From an uncultured virus (IMG/VR IMGVR_UViG_3300047094_001104) (lineage: Duplodnaviria; Heunggongvirae; Uroviricota; Caudoviricetes): a stretch of DNA of 20,000 bases. Shown here one piece after another: positions 8,358 to 15,768 of this stretch. The stretch lies in the IMG/VR virus record IMGVR_UViG_3300047094_001104; one strand, 5' to 3'. The stretch's first letter is position 1. Every line of letters starts with the position of its first letter. The position numbers and the translations under genes were made by a program. Below the pieces are notes generated by a model. The model ran no database searches, had not been told where the DNA came from, and worked only from the letters and a program-made list of their open reading frames with translations.

Positions 8358-8903
8358 ATGGCGAACGAAATCGGATATGTGTATGTTCTAACAAACGAGT
8401 GGTCCCCCGGTCTAACTAAACTGGGGGCCACTACAGACGTCGAAACTAGATTTTCTAATCTGTCCTCGGTGCTGCCGGGAAGGTCAACATTAGAGTGGTC
8501 GACACAAACTAAAGACCACTTTGAAGCAGAAAGTCAAGTCAGAGATGTCCTGAAGAAATTCTCTATTAGGAGTTCGAGGGATTGGTTTTCCTGTCCTCCA
8601 AGATTAGTAATAGAGCAATTCCAAATCTGCTTAGAGAAATTTGAATCAATTGGTATACTAGAATCCCTAGGTATATCAGACAAAGCAAATATTGATAATC
8701 TTGCCGATCTAGGGAGATATTGTAGATCTTGGAGAAAAAAGGCAGGAATTAAACAAAGTGAACTAGCAGATATGTGTGGCGTAGGACTCAGATTTATCTC
8801 TGAATTCGAAACCGGAAAACCGACCTGTCAATTTGATATGTGTATTGCAGTAGCAAAAATCATCGGAGTTGATTTAGTCGCAGTAAAAAGAGGACAATCA
8901 TGA
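8358..8903 (+). CDS. T5orf172-type GIY-YIG domain + XRE (HipB-like) HTH fusion
   Basis: GYVYVLTN...GLTKLGATT.VETR...E...DWF; C-terminal RKKAGIKQSELADMCGVGLRFISEFETGKPT. Confidence 0.8.
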   Translation: MANEIGYVYVLTNEWSPGLTKLGATTDVETRFSNLSSVLPGRSTLEWSTQTKDHFEAESQVRDVLKKFSIRSSRDWFSCPPRLVIEQFQICLEKFESIGILESLGISDKANIDNLADLGRYCRSWRKKAGIKQSELADMCGVGLRFISEFETGKPTCQFDMCIAVAKIIGVDLVAVKRGQS

Positions 8904-9103
8904 GACGTTTTGAGATTATGGCAACAACGGAACGAGACGGGGAACAGGTTTTCCTCCCAGCGTTTTACATCGACGCGGAGAATGCTTTAGAGGCTCGTAG
9001 GCTTGCGAGGAACGTAGTGGGGGGTAGAGAGACCGCCCTAGCTGTAATCGCCGAGGGTGCCCTAGAGGGTAGTGTGGCAAGCAACAGGACGTGGGGCCGG
9101 TAA
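8900..9103 (+). CDS. Small hypothetical protein
   Basis: GAGGA SD, ATGA overlap; MRRFEI...IDAENALEARRLA. Confidence 0.65.
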   Translation: MRRFEIMATTERDGEQVFLPAFYIDAENALEARRLARNVVGGRETALAVIAEGALEGSVASNRTWGR

Positions 9104-9119
9104 AAGAGGAATAGGGGGT

Positions 9120-9173
9120 GGGGTGACAGGCCCCTTTCTTTCCGTTCTACCCGGCAGGCGTGGCGGGTAGCAA
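9120..9173 (+). repeat. Bipartite hairpin repeat, copy 4
   Basis: GGGGTGACAGGCCCC...GTT-CTACCCG-gcaggcgtgg-CGGGTAG-CAA. Confidence 0.9.
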
Positions 9174-9195
9174 ACAATACAACAAAGGGATAGAC

Positions 9196-9480
9196 ATGAC
9201 GGCCACAGTATACAAATCAGATTCGACAGTAGCCCAGTCCGAAAGAAATACTCTATGGGAAATGATCCACGCCCTTAAGGGTCTTATCCCTGATGAACTA
9301 TACACACAGCTTCAGACATCAATGTCGGATGTTGATCGGGCGTGCGTCCCAAAAGTTCCGATCTGGCGGAGATATACCCAAATCGGAGTTGGTCTCAGCA
9401 AATCACAAAAAGCAATTGCTTGCGATCAGATGAGTGCCATCATCAAACAAATCAAAGCCTTAAAAGCGTGGCAGGATTGA
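9196..9480 (+). CDS. Hypothetical protein
   Basis: MTATVYKSD..., AAGGGA upstream; start corrected from ORF 9160. Confidence 0.6.
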   Translation: MTATVYKSDSTVAQSERNTLWEMIHALKGLIPDELYTQLQTSMSDVDRACVPKVPIWRRYTQIGVGLSKSQKAIACDQMSAIIKQIKALKAWQD

Positions 9481-9505
9481 CAGGCTAGAATCCCTCTGGT
9501 ATAAT
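9477..9505 (+). promoter_or_regulatory. Consensus sigma70 promoter
   Basis: TTGACA-N17-TATAAT with TGn extension. Confidence 0.8.
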
Positions 9506-9522
9506 TCCTCATAAGGAGAATC

Positions 9523-9732
9523 ATGATGTCGTGGAAACCTGAAATGAAGTGTGCTGGTGAGTGGTCATCTAATGCCCTGCGATTTGCTACACAGGCAGAA
9601 GCAGAAGCGTCAGGTAAGGAACTGATGTCTCGGTGGTATGTGCCTACCGACTCAAGAGCAGCCGAGTCAACAGACTCAGTTAACTATATGTTCGATTTCG
9701 CGAATAATAAAAACGTGAGAATCGAGCAGTAA
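9523..9732 (+). CDS. Hypothetical phage protein
   Basis: AAGGAG SD; MSWKPEM...NALRFATQAEAE. Confidence 0.7.
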   Translation: MMSWKPEMKCAGEWSSNALRFATQAEAEASGKELMSRWYVPTDSRAAESTDSVNYMFDFANNKNVRIEQ

Positions 9733-9749
9733 AAGAGAAGCTGAAACAC

Positions 9750-9804
9750 GGGGCTGAAAGGCCCCTGTCTTCCTGTTCTCACCGGCAGGCGTGGCGGTGA
9801 GCAC
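9750..9804 (+). repeat. Bipartite hairpin repeat, copy 5
   Basis: GGGGCTGAAAGGCCCC...GTT-CTCACCG-gcaggcgtgg-CGGTGAG-CAC. Confidence 0.9.
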
Positions 9805-9834
9805 TTAAGCGACACATTCAACACACGAGGGACT

Positions 9835-9984
9835 ATGAACACATTCACTCAGCAACAGTACATCATTCTGATTCGCTCATTGGCCTTGTACTTGGAAGAT
9901 CAGATCAAGGAAGGTGATCTTGACAATGCCAAGGAAACCGCAAAGCTGATCAGTATTGCCTCTCACTATGTGACGACCAAATGA
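9835..9984 (+). CDS. Hypothetical protein, 49 aa (not in ORF track)
   Basis: MNTFTQQQYIILIRSLALYLEDQIKEG..., GAGGG SD. Confidence 0.55.
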   Translation: MNTFTQQQYIILIRSLALYLEDQIKEGDLDNAKETAKLISIASHYVTTK

Positions 9985-10154
9985 GAGAGGCAACAATTAA
10001 AGAACTCTGGCAATATTATTGCCGGAAGTATCTTGCAAAGCATGGTGAATTCCCTAGAATACGCATCACAAGTCGTGATGAAATTATTCTCGCAATCCTT
10101 GACTTAGAATCGGAAACCCCTGATGAGCCAGACTATGACTATGACTTTGATTGA
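9981..10154 (+). CDS. Hypothetical protein, 57 aa, acidic tail (not in ORF track)
   Basis: ATGA-coupled; MREATIKELWQYYCRKY...PDEPDYDYDFD*. Confidence 0.5.
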   Translation: MREATIKELWQYYCRKYLAKHGEFPRIRITSRDEIILAILDLESETPDEPDYDYDFD

Positions 10155-10491
10155 GCAAATTGATTCCCTGAAGACTCCGGCCCGAGATCTGCTGAAAGGT
10201 CTCTATGACGCTTGGAGCGAAGCTATCGAAATCCCCAATTCTCTTTTACCGGCCCGCTTGCATGGTCGCACTGGCCGAACGGCCAAGCAGATTCTCCATC
10301 CCGAGAAAACTGCCGCTGAGATCAAAAAGCAGGAAGCTGAGGATCGCGAGATTGAAAAGGAACTTCGGTTGGAAGCATATTGTGCGGACACTGACGCACA
10401 ACGAGAAATCAAGTTTCATGAGGATGAGGAACGACTGTATCGTAATCAGATCACTTTCGCCAACCTAATCGGGCTGGAATTCGAGGATTAG
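10123..10491 (+). CDS. Hypothetical protein
   Basis: 122-aa ORF; start ambiguous among ATGs at 10123-10141. Confidence 0.65.
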   Translation: MSQTMTMTLIEQIDSLKTPARDLLKGLYDAWSEAIEIPNSLLPARLHGRTGRTAKQILHPEKTAAEIKKQEAEDREIEKELRLEAYCADTDAQREIKFHEDEERLYRNQITFANLIGLEFED

Positions 10492-10518
10492 GCTGAGTTC
10501 GGTTATCCACTAGGGGGA

Positions 10519-10573
10519 GGGGCTGAAAGGCCCCTTCCTTGCTGTTTCACCCGGCAGGCGTGGCGGGTGACAC
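10519..10573 (+). repeat. Bipartite hairpin repeat, copy 6
   Basis: GGGGCTGAAAGGCCCC...GTT-TCACCCG-gcaggcgtgg-CGGGTGA-CAC. Confidence 0.9.
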
Positions 10574-10615
10574 TTAGTGTTGCTCTGGTCCTCCTCGGAA
10601 AGTTCTGTTTTGTGC

Positions 10616-10643
10616 TTGACAACGGAACGTTGTCTGGTACAAT
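10616..10643 (+). promoter_or_regulatory. sigma70-type promoter
   Basis: TTGACA-N16-TACAAT with TGn extension. Confidence 0.7.
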
Positions 10644-10693
10644 GTACCTGTCTGGCTAATCGCCATCTTAAACCCCTGTTCTGGAGAATTGGT

Positions 10694-11569
10694 ATGACGA
10701 CTTTGATTTCTGCTGCTGACGTTGTTCGATCCACTTTTAACTTTACTGTTGACAAACTGCGTTTGTCCGGTCCTGACGGGTTTACAACCCCGTACTTCGG
10801 GCTTTTCAAGTCCGACGACAATTCCTGCCTGAACGCGGTCACGGCGAAATATTCGCCGCACACCACCGACGACGTGGTCGTTTTGGTTGAGGCTGCTCAG
10901 GCCGCGTTTGACGACGGTGTCAACGTCCAATGTCACTGGCGAAACGGCCACTACGTGGTTGTTGAGCCTACCCGCGAGCACCGCAAGGCGGTTTACGGGA
11001 CCGCTGACAATATCTTCCCTCGCATGATCGTCTCAGCGGGGTATGATGACCGTCCGTTCCGTGCGTCTCTCGGGATGTTCCGAGATGCCTGCCTGAACCT
11101 TGCTCGCCTGAAGCAAGTGTCTGGAACCAGCGTGTCGATTCGTCACACTCAGTCCCTGCGTCCTCGCCTGAATGAGTTGATCGACGTGTTCTCTGGCCTG
11201 AAAGAGGGCTGGAAGTCGGTCACTGAGACCGTCGCGGAAATGGAAGCGAGACAAGTCTCGCTTGTGAGTTTCCTCGATGCGGTCTACCCGCTCGCGAGTG
11301 ACGCGACTCCGCGATCGGTCACGATTCACAAGAATCGTACCGAGGCGATTGTTAAGCGTGTAATGTCCGAATGCTATCGGACGGGCCGAACTTTCGGCGG
11401 GGACTTCATGGTTTCTCGCTGGATGGCCTACAATTCAGTGCAGGGGTATGTTCAGCACGTTCAGCGTGCGGGTAAGGGTGGCGATCGAATGTCCCGTATG
11501 GACCAGACTTTGATGGCCCTTGAGGACGTCGCGGTCGACCGTGCTGAGGCACTGGCGATTGCCGCCTAG
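10694..11569 (+). CDS. DUF932-like phage/plasmid protein
   Basis: FNFTVDK...GLFKSDD...VTAKYSP...AGYD...FRDACLN...IRHT...W.AYNSVQGY.QH pattern; GGAG SD before ATG 10694. Confidence 0.7.
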   Translation: MTTLISAADVVRSTFNFTVDKLRLSGPDGFTTPYFGLFKSDDNSCLNAVTAKYSPHTTDDVVVLVEAAQAAFDDGVNVQCHWRNGHYVVVEPTREHRKAVYGTADNIFPRMIVSAGYDDRPFRASLGMFRDACLNLARLKQVSGTSVSIRHTQSLRPRLNELIDVFSGLKEGWKSVTETVAEMEARQVSLVSFLDAVYPLASDATPRSVTIHKNRTEAIVKRVMSECYRTGRTFGGDFMVSRWMAYNSVQGYVQHVQRAGKGGDRMSRMDQTLMALEDVAVDRAEALAIAA

Positions 11570-11597
11570 GGGTGAGTGGTGAGAGACCCGAAGGAGT

Positions 11598-11652
11598 GGG
11601 GCCGAAAGGCCCCCTCCTTCCTGTTCCCACCGGCAGGCGTGGCGGTGGGCAA
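11598..11652 (+). repeat. Bipartite hairpin repeat, copy 7
   Basis: GGGGCCGAAAGGCCCC...GTT-CCCACCG-gcaggcgtgg-CGGTGGG-CAA. Confidence 0.9.
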
Positions 11653-11688
11653 TCAAGCCAAACACCTGAGCCAACTGAAGAAATGTGC

Positions 11689-11716
11689 TTGACATCACAT
11701 TAATGTGTGGTATAAT
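11689..11716 (+). promoter_or_regulatory. sigma70 promoter with palindromic spacer
   Basis: TTGACA-N16-TATAAT; CACATTAATGTG palindrome in the spacer. Confidence 0.75.
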
Positions 11717-11754
11717 TCGTGTGTCAGTTTAAAACCCCTAGTTGAGAGACAGTC

Positions 11755-13032
11755 ATGAAGTACGTTAAGATTGTTAGCAAGTCCGTGACCACACCGGAAG
11801 ATATGTTCACGCTGGGTGTTAGCACTTCTCGTGGCAAGGACGACAAGATCGGCCAGTTTGGGAGCGGAACGCTCCTCGGAACACTGGCATGGATGCGTGC
11901 CTATGGCACATCGCCAGTGTTCATGATCAATGGGAAGAAAGTCACGTTCGAGACCAAAGATATCCTGAAGGGCGATGGGATTCCATTCCAGCAGGTTCTC
12001 ATGTGTCACAGTCGCAAAAAGTCCCCGCTCAACGTCGCGTTGGAGTATGGGACACTAGACTGGCCGACTGCCTGCCTTGGATTGCGAGAATGGATCTCAA
12101 ACGCTCTGGATGCTGGCGCTATTCCGGGCGAACTTCTGGTTCTCACGAACAAGATTGAGGCGTCTGACGATGAAGTTGCGGTTTTTGTTCCATACACCGA
12201 TCTGGCGAAGGAATACTTCGACAACATTGGAAAGTACTTCCTGCACTTCGTTGACAAGAAAGGCGAAAAGGTCATTGATAAGGCCACAGTCTCAAGGTGT
12301 CGAATCTATCGAAAGGGAGTTTTCATTCGGGAATTGACGGATGATTCCCTGTTTGACTACAACATGGACTTTACGATCAACGAGTGTCGTACTGGCAGTT
12401 CGGATTCTCTGGTCAACAGTATCCAGTACCATACGACCTATTACGAGAAAGCGAAAGAGCGACTCGCGAAGATCAGAGACGCAGTTCTTATCCAAATGCA
12501 ACTCGTTGAAACTGAGAAGACCTATTCTGGATTCAGCGAAGAATTCCTTGAGGTTTGGCGAGAGCTTATTGGTAAGGTGGGATTATGTCCTACCAACTTC
12601 ACCATCGCGAATGCAACTGCGATTGATCCACGCTGGCACAAGTCTATCATTGCCGAAATCCCAGAATTGAATGGGATTGATGGGGTTTGTGAAGCAGAGA
12701 TCAGGGGATTCCTTATCTCTCCTCCGAGCGAAGCTGTCCTTAAGCACTACAACGATATCTGTGAATTGATCGAGACCGTTGGTCTTTCGGATGGGTTGCC
12801 TCGGCCAAAGCTGATCATGTACAATACTAAGGATGGACACCATCCGGGGTTCCTCGGATTGCACAATTCCGGTAAAAGTGAAGTTATGCTCTGGGAAAAG
12901 AACAAAGACCTGAGCAGAACTATGGTGCATGAACTTGCTCACCACTACACTCGTGGGGCAGATGACTACACTTCAGAGTTTGCCAAGTTTGGACATGATC
13001 TGGTTGCTGCGATTGTCAACCAACTGATGTGA
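11755..13032 (+). CDS. GHKL-type ATPase-like domain (permuted motif order) + C-terminal HExxH zincin-like motif
   Basis: LGVSTSRGKDDKIGQFGSG, LREWISNALDA, MVHELAHH. Confidence 0.7.
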   Translation: MKYVKIVSKSVTTPEDMFTLGVSTSRGKDDKIGQFGSGTLLGTLAWMRAYGTSPVFMINGKKVTFETKDILKGDGIPFQQVLMCHSRKKSPLNVALEYGTLDWPTACLGLREWISNALDAGAIPGELLVLTNKIEASDDEVAVFVPYTDLAKEYFDNIGKYFLHFVDKKGEKVIDKATVSRCRIYRKGVFIRELTDDSLFDYNMDFTINECRTGSSDSLVNSIQYHTTYYEKAKERLAKIRDAVLIQMQLVETEKTYSGFSEEFLEVWRELIGKVGLCPTNFTIANATAIDPRWHKSIIAEIPELNGIDGVCEAEIRGFLISPPSEAVLKHYNDICELIETVGLSDGLPRPKLIMYNTKDGHHPGFLGLHNSGKSEVMLWEKNKDLSRTMVHELAHHYTRGADDYTSEFAKFGHDLVAAIVNQLM

Positions 13033-13093
13033 GGCTAAAGCCTCGAATATGGTGGCTAGGGTTCAGGGGTGTCCCCTAGCCGCCCTGAGGGGT

Positions 13094-13159
13094 GGGGTCG
13101 AAAGGCCCTGCCCCTCCCCTTTCTTCCCGCTCGTCCCGGCCACTTGTGGCGGGACGCAG
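13094..13159 (+). repeat. Bipartite hairpin repeat, copy 8 (linker 10 nt longer)
   Basis: GGGGTCGAAAGGCCCT...GCT-CGTCCCG-gccacttgtgg-CGGGACG-CAG. Confidence 0.85.
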
Positions 13160-13202
13160 TAGACGACACCCTGAGCCGCTAACCAAATCGGCACTTTTCC
13201 AC

Positions 13203-13230
13203 TTGACTTATGTCTCTAGTATGGTAGAAT
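13203..13230 (+). promoter_or_regulatory. sigma70-type promoter
   Basis: TTGACT-N16-TAGAAT with TGn extension. Confidence 0.6.
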
Positions 13231-13235
13231 TAGCT

Positions 13236-13511
13236 ATGACAAAACGATATGCAATCTATCAAGCAAAACAAAAGCCACCATCTTTCGATGGAGATCCACG
13301 CAGCGAGATGTCTCGGGGTAATTGTTCCATTATGGATAAACATCAGTTCGAACCAAATCCGGAACATCCCGGATACAAACGCTACAAATTCATTGAATCG
13401 GGATTGACGTATTTCGATGCTTACCCAAAAATGCTAAAACTTAACGAGGAATACGAACGTGGACAGCAAACAACTAACAGTTCGACGGTTCAGAAACATG
13501 ATTGCTATTGA
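13236..13511 (+). CDS. Hypothetical protein, probably leaderless
   Basis: MTKRYAIYQAKQKPP...; ATG 5 nt after the -10 box; start corrected from ORF 13092. Confidence 0.6.
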   Translation: MTKRYAIYQAKQKPPSFDGDPRSEMSRGNCSIMDKHQFEPNPEHPGYKRYKFIESGLTYFDAYPKMLKLNEEYERGQQTTNSSTVQKHDCY

Positions 13512-13662
13512 CGGTGGCAAGGACACTATGTATATCTCACCAGAAATGGCAGTGATGCTATCGAAAGCCCTGATTGATGGGGCGTTTGATGTGATGAAAA
13601 ACGATCCAGAAGACAAACAATTTATCACAACCACCTTGCATTCCAGTACTGTTGAAGTATAA
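13459..13662 (+). CDS. Hypothetical protein
   Basis: GAGGA SD before GTG. Confidence 0.55.
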   Translation: MDSKQLTVRRFRNMIAIDGGKDTMYISPEMAVMLSKALIDGAFDVMKNDPEDKQFITTTLHSSTVEV

Positions 13663-13710
13663 TGGGCTAACAAGTTCACCAGTTTTTTAACCCCCAAAAG
13701 GACTTTAGTT

Positions 13711-14004
13711 ATGAAATACGTTACACGCGACCAGATGATCCAGAAAGTTAGATCCACGAATGGCCAGATCATGAGCATTCTCTACCGTGCGGCCCGTGGT
13801 GATAATCACGTCCGTCGTTTGAACTGCCAGACGAACGTGAAAAAACACCTCGTAGGCACTGGCAAGGCCGCTCCAGAGTCTGCTAAGGTTATCACTGTGT
13901 ATGATTTGGTCGTGAAGAACTATCGTAGTCTCGCTTTTGAGGGCATCATTCAGGCCCAGATCGGCGGGGAAGTCTACGAAGTCAAGGAATTGGTGGCAAA
14001 ATAA
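13711..14004 (+). CDS. Hypothetical phage protein (SH3-like beta pattern)
   Basis: AAGGA SD; upstream TTGCAT-N16-TATAAT at 13636-13663; ITVYDLVVKNYRSL motif. Confidence 0.7.
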   Translation: MKYVTRDQMIQKVRSTNGQIMSILYRAARGDNHVRRLNCQTNVKKHLVGTGKAAPESAKVITVYDLVVKNYRSLAFEGIIQAQIGGEVYEVKELVAK

Positions 14005-14017
14005 GCTCGTAGAGCTT

Positions 14018-14090
14018 GGGCAGTGTCCTCGACGGTTTTGAGGACGGTCCTTATAAGGCCGCACACATGGTTCGATTCCATGACTGCCCA
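14018..14090 (+). tRNA. trnI: tRNA-Ile, anticodon UAU
   Basis: Acceptor GGGCAGT/ACTGCCC, D stem CCTC/GAGG, anticodon arm CGGTC-CT TAT AA-GGCCG, T arm CATGG-TTCGATT-CCATG, discriminator A; CCA not encoded. Confidence 0.85.
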
Positions 14091-14091
14091 C

Positions 14092-14119
14092 TTGACAGCA
14101 GCATATTTGCTGCTATAAT
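14092..14119 (+). promoter_or_regulatory. sigma70 promoter with palindromic spacer
   Basis: TTGACA-GCAGCATATTTGCTGC-TATAAT. Confidence 0.75.
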
Positions 14120-14122
14120 TCA

Positions 14123-14191
14123 AATCCCGCCCTGATTTATCAGGTGGTGTAAATAAGCACACAAGTGTTCACTCACTAGGAGTGCGGGATT
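14123..14191 (+). ncRNA. Putative small structured RNA / tRNA leader
   Basis: Closing stem AATCCCGC/GCGGGATT enclosing hairpins CCTGATTTATCAGG and ACTC-actag-GAGT. Confidence 0.35.
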
Positions 14192-14192
14192 C

Positions 14193-14264
14193 GGAGCATT
14201 CGTCTACTGGAAGGACACGAGGGTTTTCAACCCTTGGAAGAGGGTTCGAATCCCTCATGCTTCA
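14193..14264 (+). tRNA. trnE: tRNA-Glu, anticodon UUC (one extra nt before the anticodon stem)
   Basis: Acceptor GGAGCAT/ATGCTTC, D arm GTCT...GGAC, anticodon arm (C)GAGGG-TT TTC AA-CCCTT(G), T arm GAGGG-TTCGAAT-CCCTC. Confidence 0.8.
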
Positions 14265-14868
14265 ATTTGATTATTCCAGCGTGGACTTTCCTATGACAAT
14301 TAGAGCATAAGAGGATACATTTTTTAATCTCAGCCTCTATGTCTTCAAGAGTCCTCCTCTCTTTTGTCATATTAGAGATCCTATCGCCCTTTTCTTGTGG
14401 ATCCAAATGATGAAAATCTAAAGCTATCGGCTCATTCTCTTCGCATAAAAAACAGCCAGAAGCTAGCTTTATATTCCGGACAAATTCAGTCGCGATAGCC
14501 TTTCTATCCTTCTTTCTCTGCTTTATTTTGTCTTTGTTATCTAAGTAGTACTCATACTTGCTATTGTTCTGGCACTCTTTACATCTCGATTGTAAAATTC
14601 CTTTAGCCTTACTACGAAAGTAAAAGTCTGAAAGTTCTTTCTCGACCGAGCATGAGACACAACACTTCTTCCCATCAGACAATTTGGCTATTTTCTCAAG
14701 CCTGACTACCTTACCAGCTTGATAGGCTAGCTCGTCGGCTCCATATCTTTTTCTAGCGACTTTTGCATTACAAGATTTACACCTACGGAACCTGTTGCCG
14801 GTAGCCTTATTTCTGAGGTAGAAATCGTCATCATCTTTTTCTACTAAACAAGTCAAACAAGTGATCAT
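14227..14868 (-). CDS. HNH endonuclease with two N-terminal zinc-finger repeats
   Basis: Two CxxC..EK...DFY.R.KA.G....CKxC repeats; GCFLCEE...LDFHHLDP..K...KKCILLCSNCHRKVH; ATG 14868 with GAGG SD (ORF-track start 15006 too long). Confidence 0.85.
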   Translation of the reverse strand: MITCLTCLVEKDDDDFYLRNKATGNRFRRCKSCNAKVARKRYGADELAYQAGKVVRLEKIAKLSDGKKCCVSCSVEKELSDFYFRSKAKGILQSRCKECQNNSKYEYYLDNKDKIKQRKKDRKAIATEFVRNIKLASGCFLCEENEPIALDFHHLDPQEKGDRISNMTKERRTLEDIEAEIKKCILLCSNCHRKVHAGIIKLKHEGFEPSSKG

Positions 14869-15134
14869 GAAAAACCTCGTATTCAAAATGGGCATATGTA
14901 GTGAGTCCCATATATGAATACGCTGAAATCTGAAGAAAACATCAATACTGATCAGATCAATCCTCAATTGATTAGGTCTGTCATCTCTGTAATGTAAGGC
15001 TAACAACCCGCACTCAGTATTCGTCCTGAGAAAACGAAGAAAAGCAGGGGAATGAGGGTTTCGAAGTCCCTCCAGAGATCTTTAAGAAGCCAGCCTATTG
15101 TTCGGAGTATTCTCTGGAAGAAGTCTGATCCGAA

Positions 15135-15190
15135 GGGGCTGAAAGGCCCCTTTCTTTCTGTTCTAGCCGTCCACTTGTGGCGGCTAGCAC
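15135..15190 (+). repeat. Bipartite hairpin repeat, copy 9
   Basis: GGGGCTGAAAGGCCCC...GTT-CTAGCCG-tccacttgtgg-CGGCTAG-CAC. Confidence 0.9.
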
Positions 15191-15212
15191 ATAACACCCA
15201 ACTGAGACCACC

Positions 15213-15377
15213 ATGAGATCAATCAAAGTCTACTTCTCTAACGGCGATCATCTGTTCACCAACATCAATGGTACTGATGATCGCATACTCGCTTACTACA
15301 TCGGGAAAGAATTCAATCTCGGGAATGGCGAGCATGATCTGATGGCAATTGCCACAAAGGTTGAGTTTCTAGATTGA
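15213..15377 (+). CDS. Small hypothetical protein, 54 aa (not in ORF track)
   Basis: MRSIKVYFSNGDHLFTNINGTDDRILAYYIGKEFNLG...KVEFLD*. Confidence 0.65.
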   Translation: MRSIKVYFSNGDHLFTNINGTDDRILAYYIGKEFNLGNGEHDLMAIATKVEFLD

Positions 15378-15401
15378 CTTTCCTTTTACTGATGGTATAA
15401 T
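15374..15401 (+). promoter_or_regulatory. sigma70-type promoter
   Basis: TTGACT-N16-TATAAT with TGn extension. Confidence 0.7.
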
Positions 15402-15407
15402 AACCCC

Positions 15408-15611
15408 ATGAAACCAACACCAGAACAAGTAGAATCACTAGCAAACTTGGTGGTCGAGTCAATGACACTCGAACAACTTCAGCAATTTGTCTTCGACGAC
15501 ATATATTCCATCATGTTGGAAGATGATGATTGTTTCGAGTCAAATTTGGAAATGATGAAGATATCAATTGACGATTTGGTCATTGATCCGGTTCCACTTC
15601 GACCACTATAA
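15408..15611 (+). CDS. Small acidic protein, probably leaderless
   Basis: ATG 6 nt after the -10 box; 67 aa, D/E rich. Confidence 0.65.
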   Translation: MKPTPEQVESLANLVVESMTLEQLQQFVFDDIYSIMLEDDDCFESNLEMMKISIDDLVIDPVPLRPL

Positions 15612-15632
15612 TTCCCGGCGTCAGTCGGGTGA

Positions 15633-15737
15633 CACACAGGGGGCATTAAATAGCCTAGGGGCCTATCGGCTAATCTTCAAACGTCCCAACGTGCGAAGTA
15701 CCTAACACAAGCTTGAAAAGCTTAAATACCCTGTGTG
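15633..15737 (+). ncRNA. Putative multi-branch ncRNA A
   Basis: 9-bp closing stem CACACAGGG/CCCTGTGTG; internal TAGCC/GGCTA and AAGCTT-gaa-AAGCTT hairpins; downstream of TTGATC-N18-TATAAT (15583-15612). Confidence 0.45.
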
Positions 15738-15768
15738 GCTTATTTCATAAACCACACCGAAACACCAC

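Noticed and set aside
10577..10693. N-terminal extensions of ORFs 10577, 13092, 16126, 9160, 6604, 19171 and 15006(-)
   Set aside because: Extensions cross promoters, repeats or non-coding leaders; downstream ATGs have better translation context
10510..10866. Minus-strand ORFs sharing CHPPRLPGET..GPFSP (also 6865-7119)
   Set aside because: The similarity is just the DNA repeat translated; these are shadow ORFs antisense to real genes
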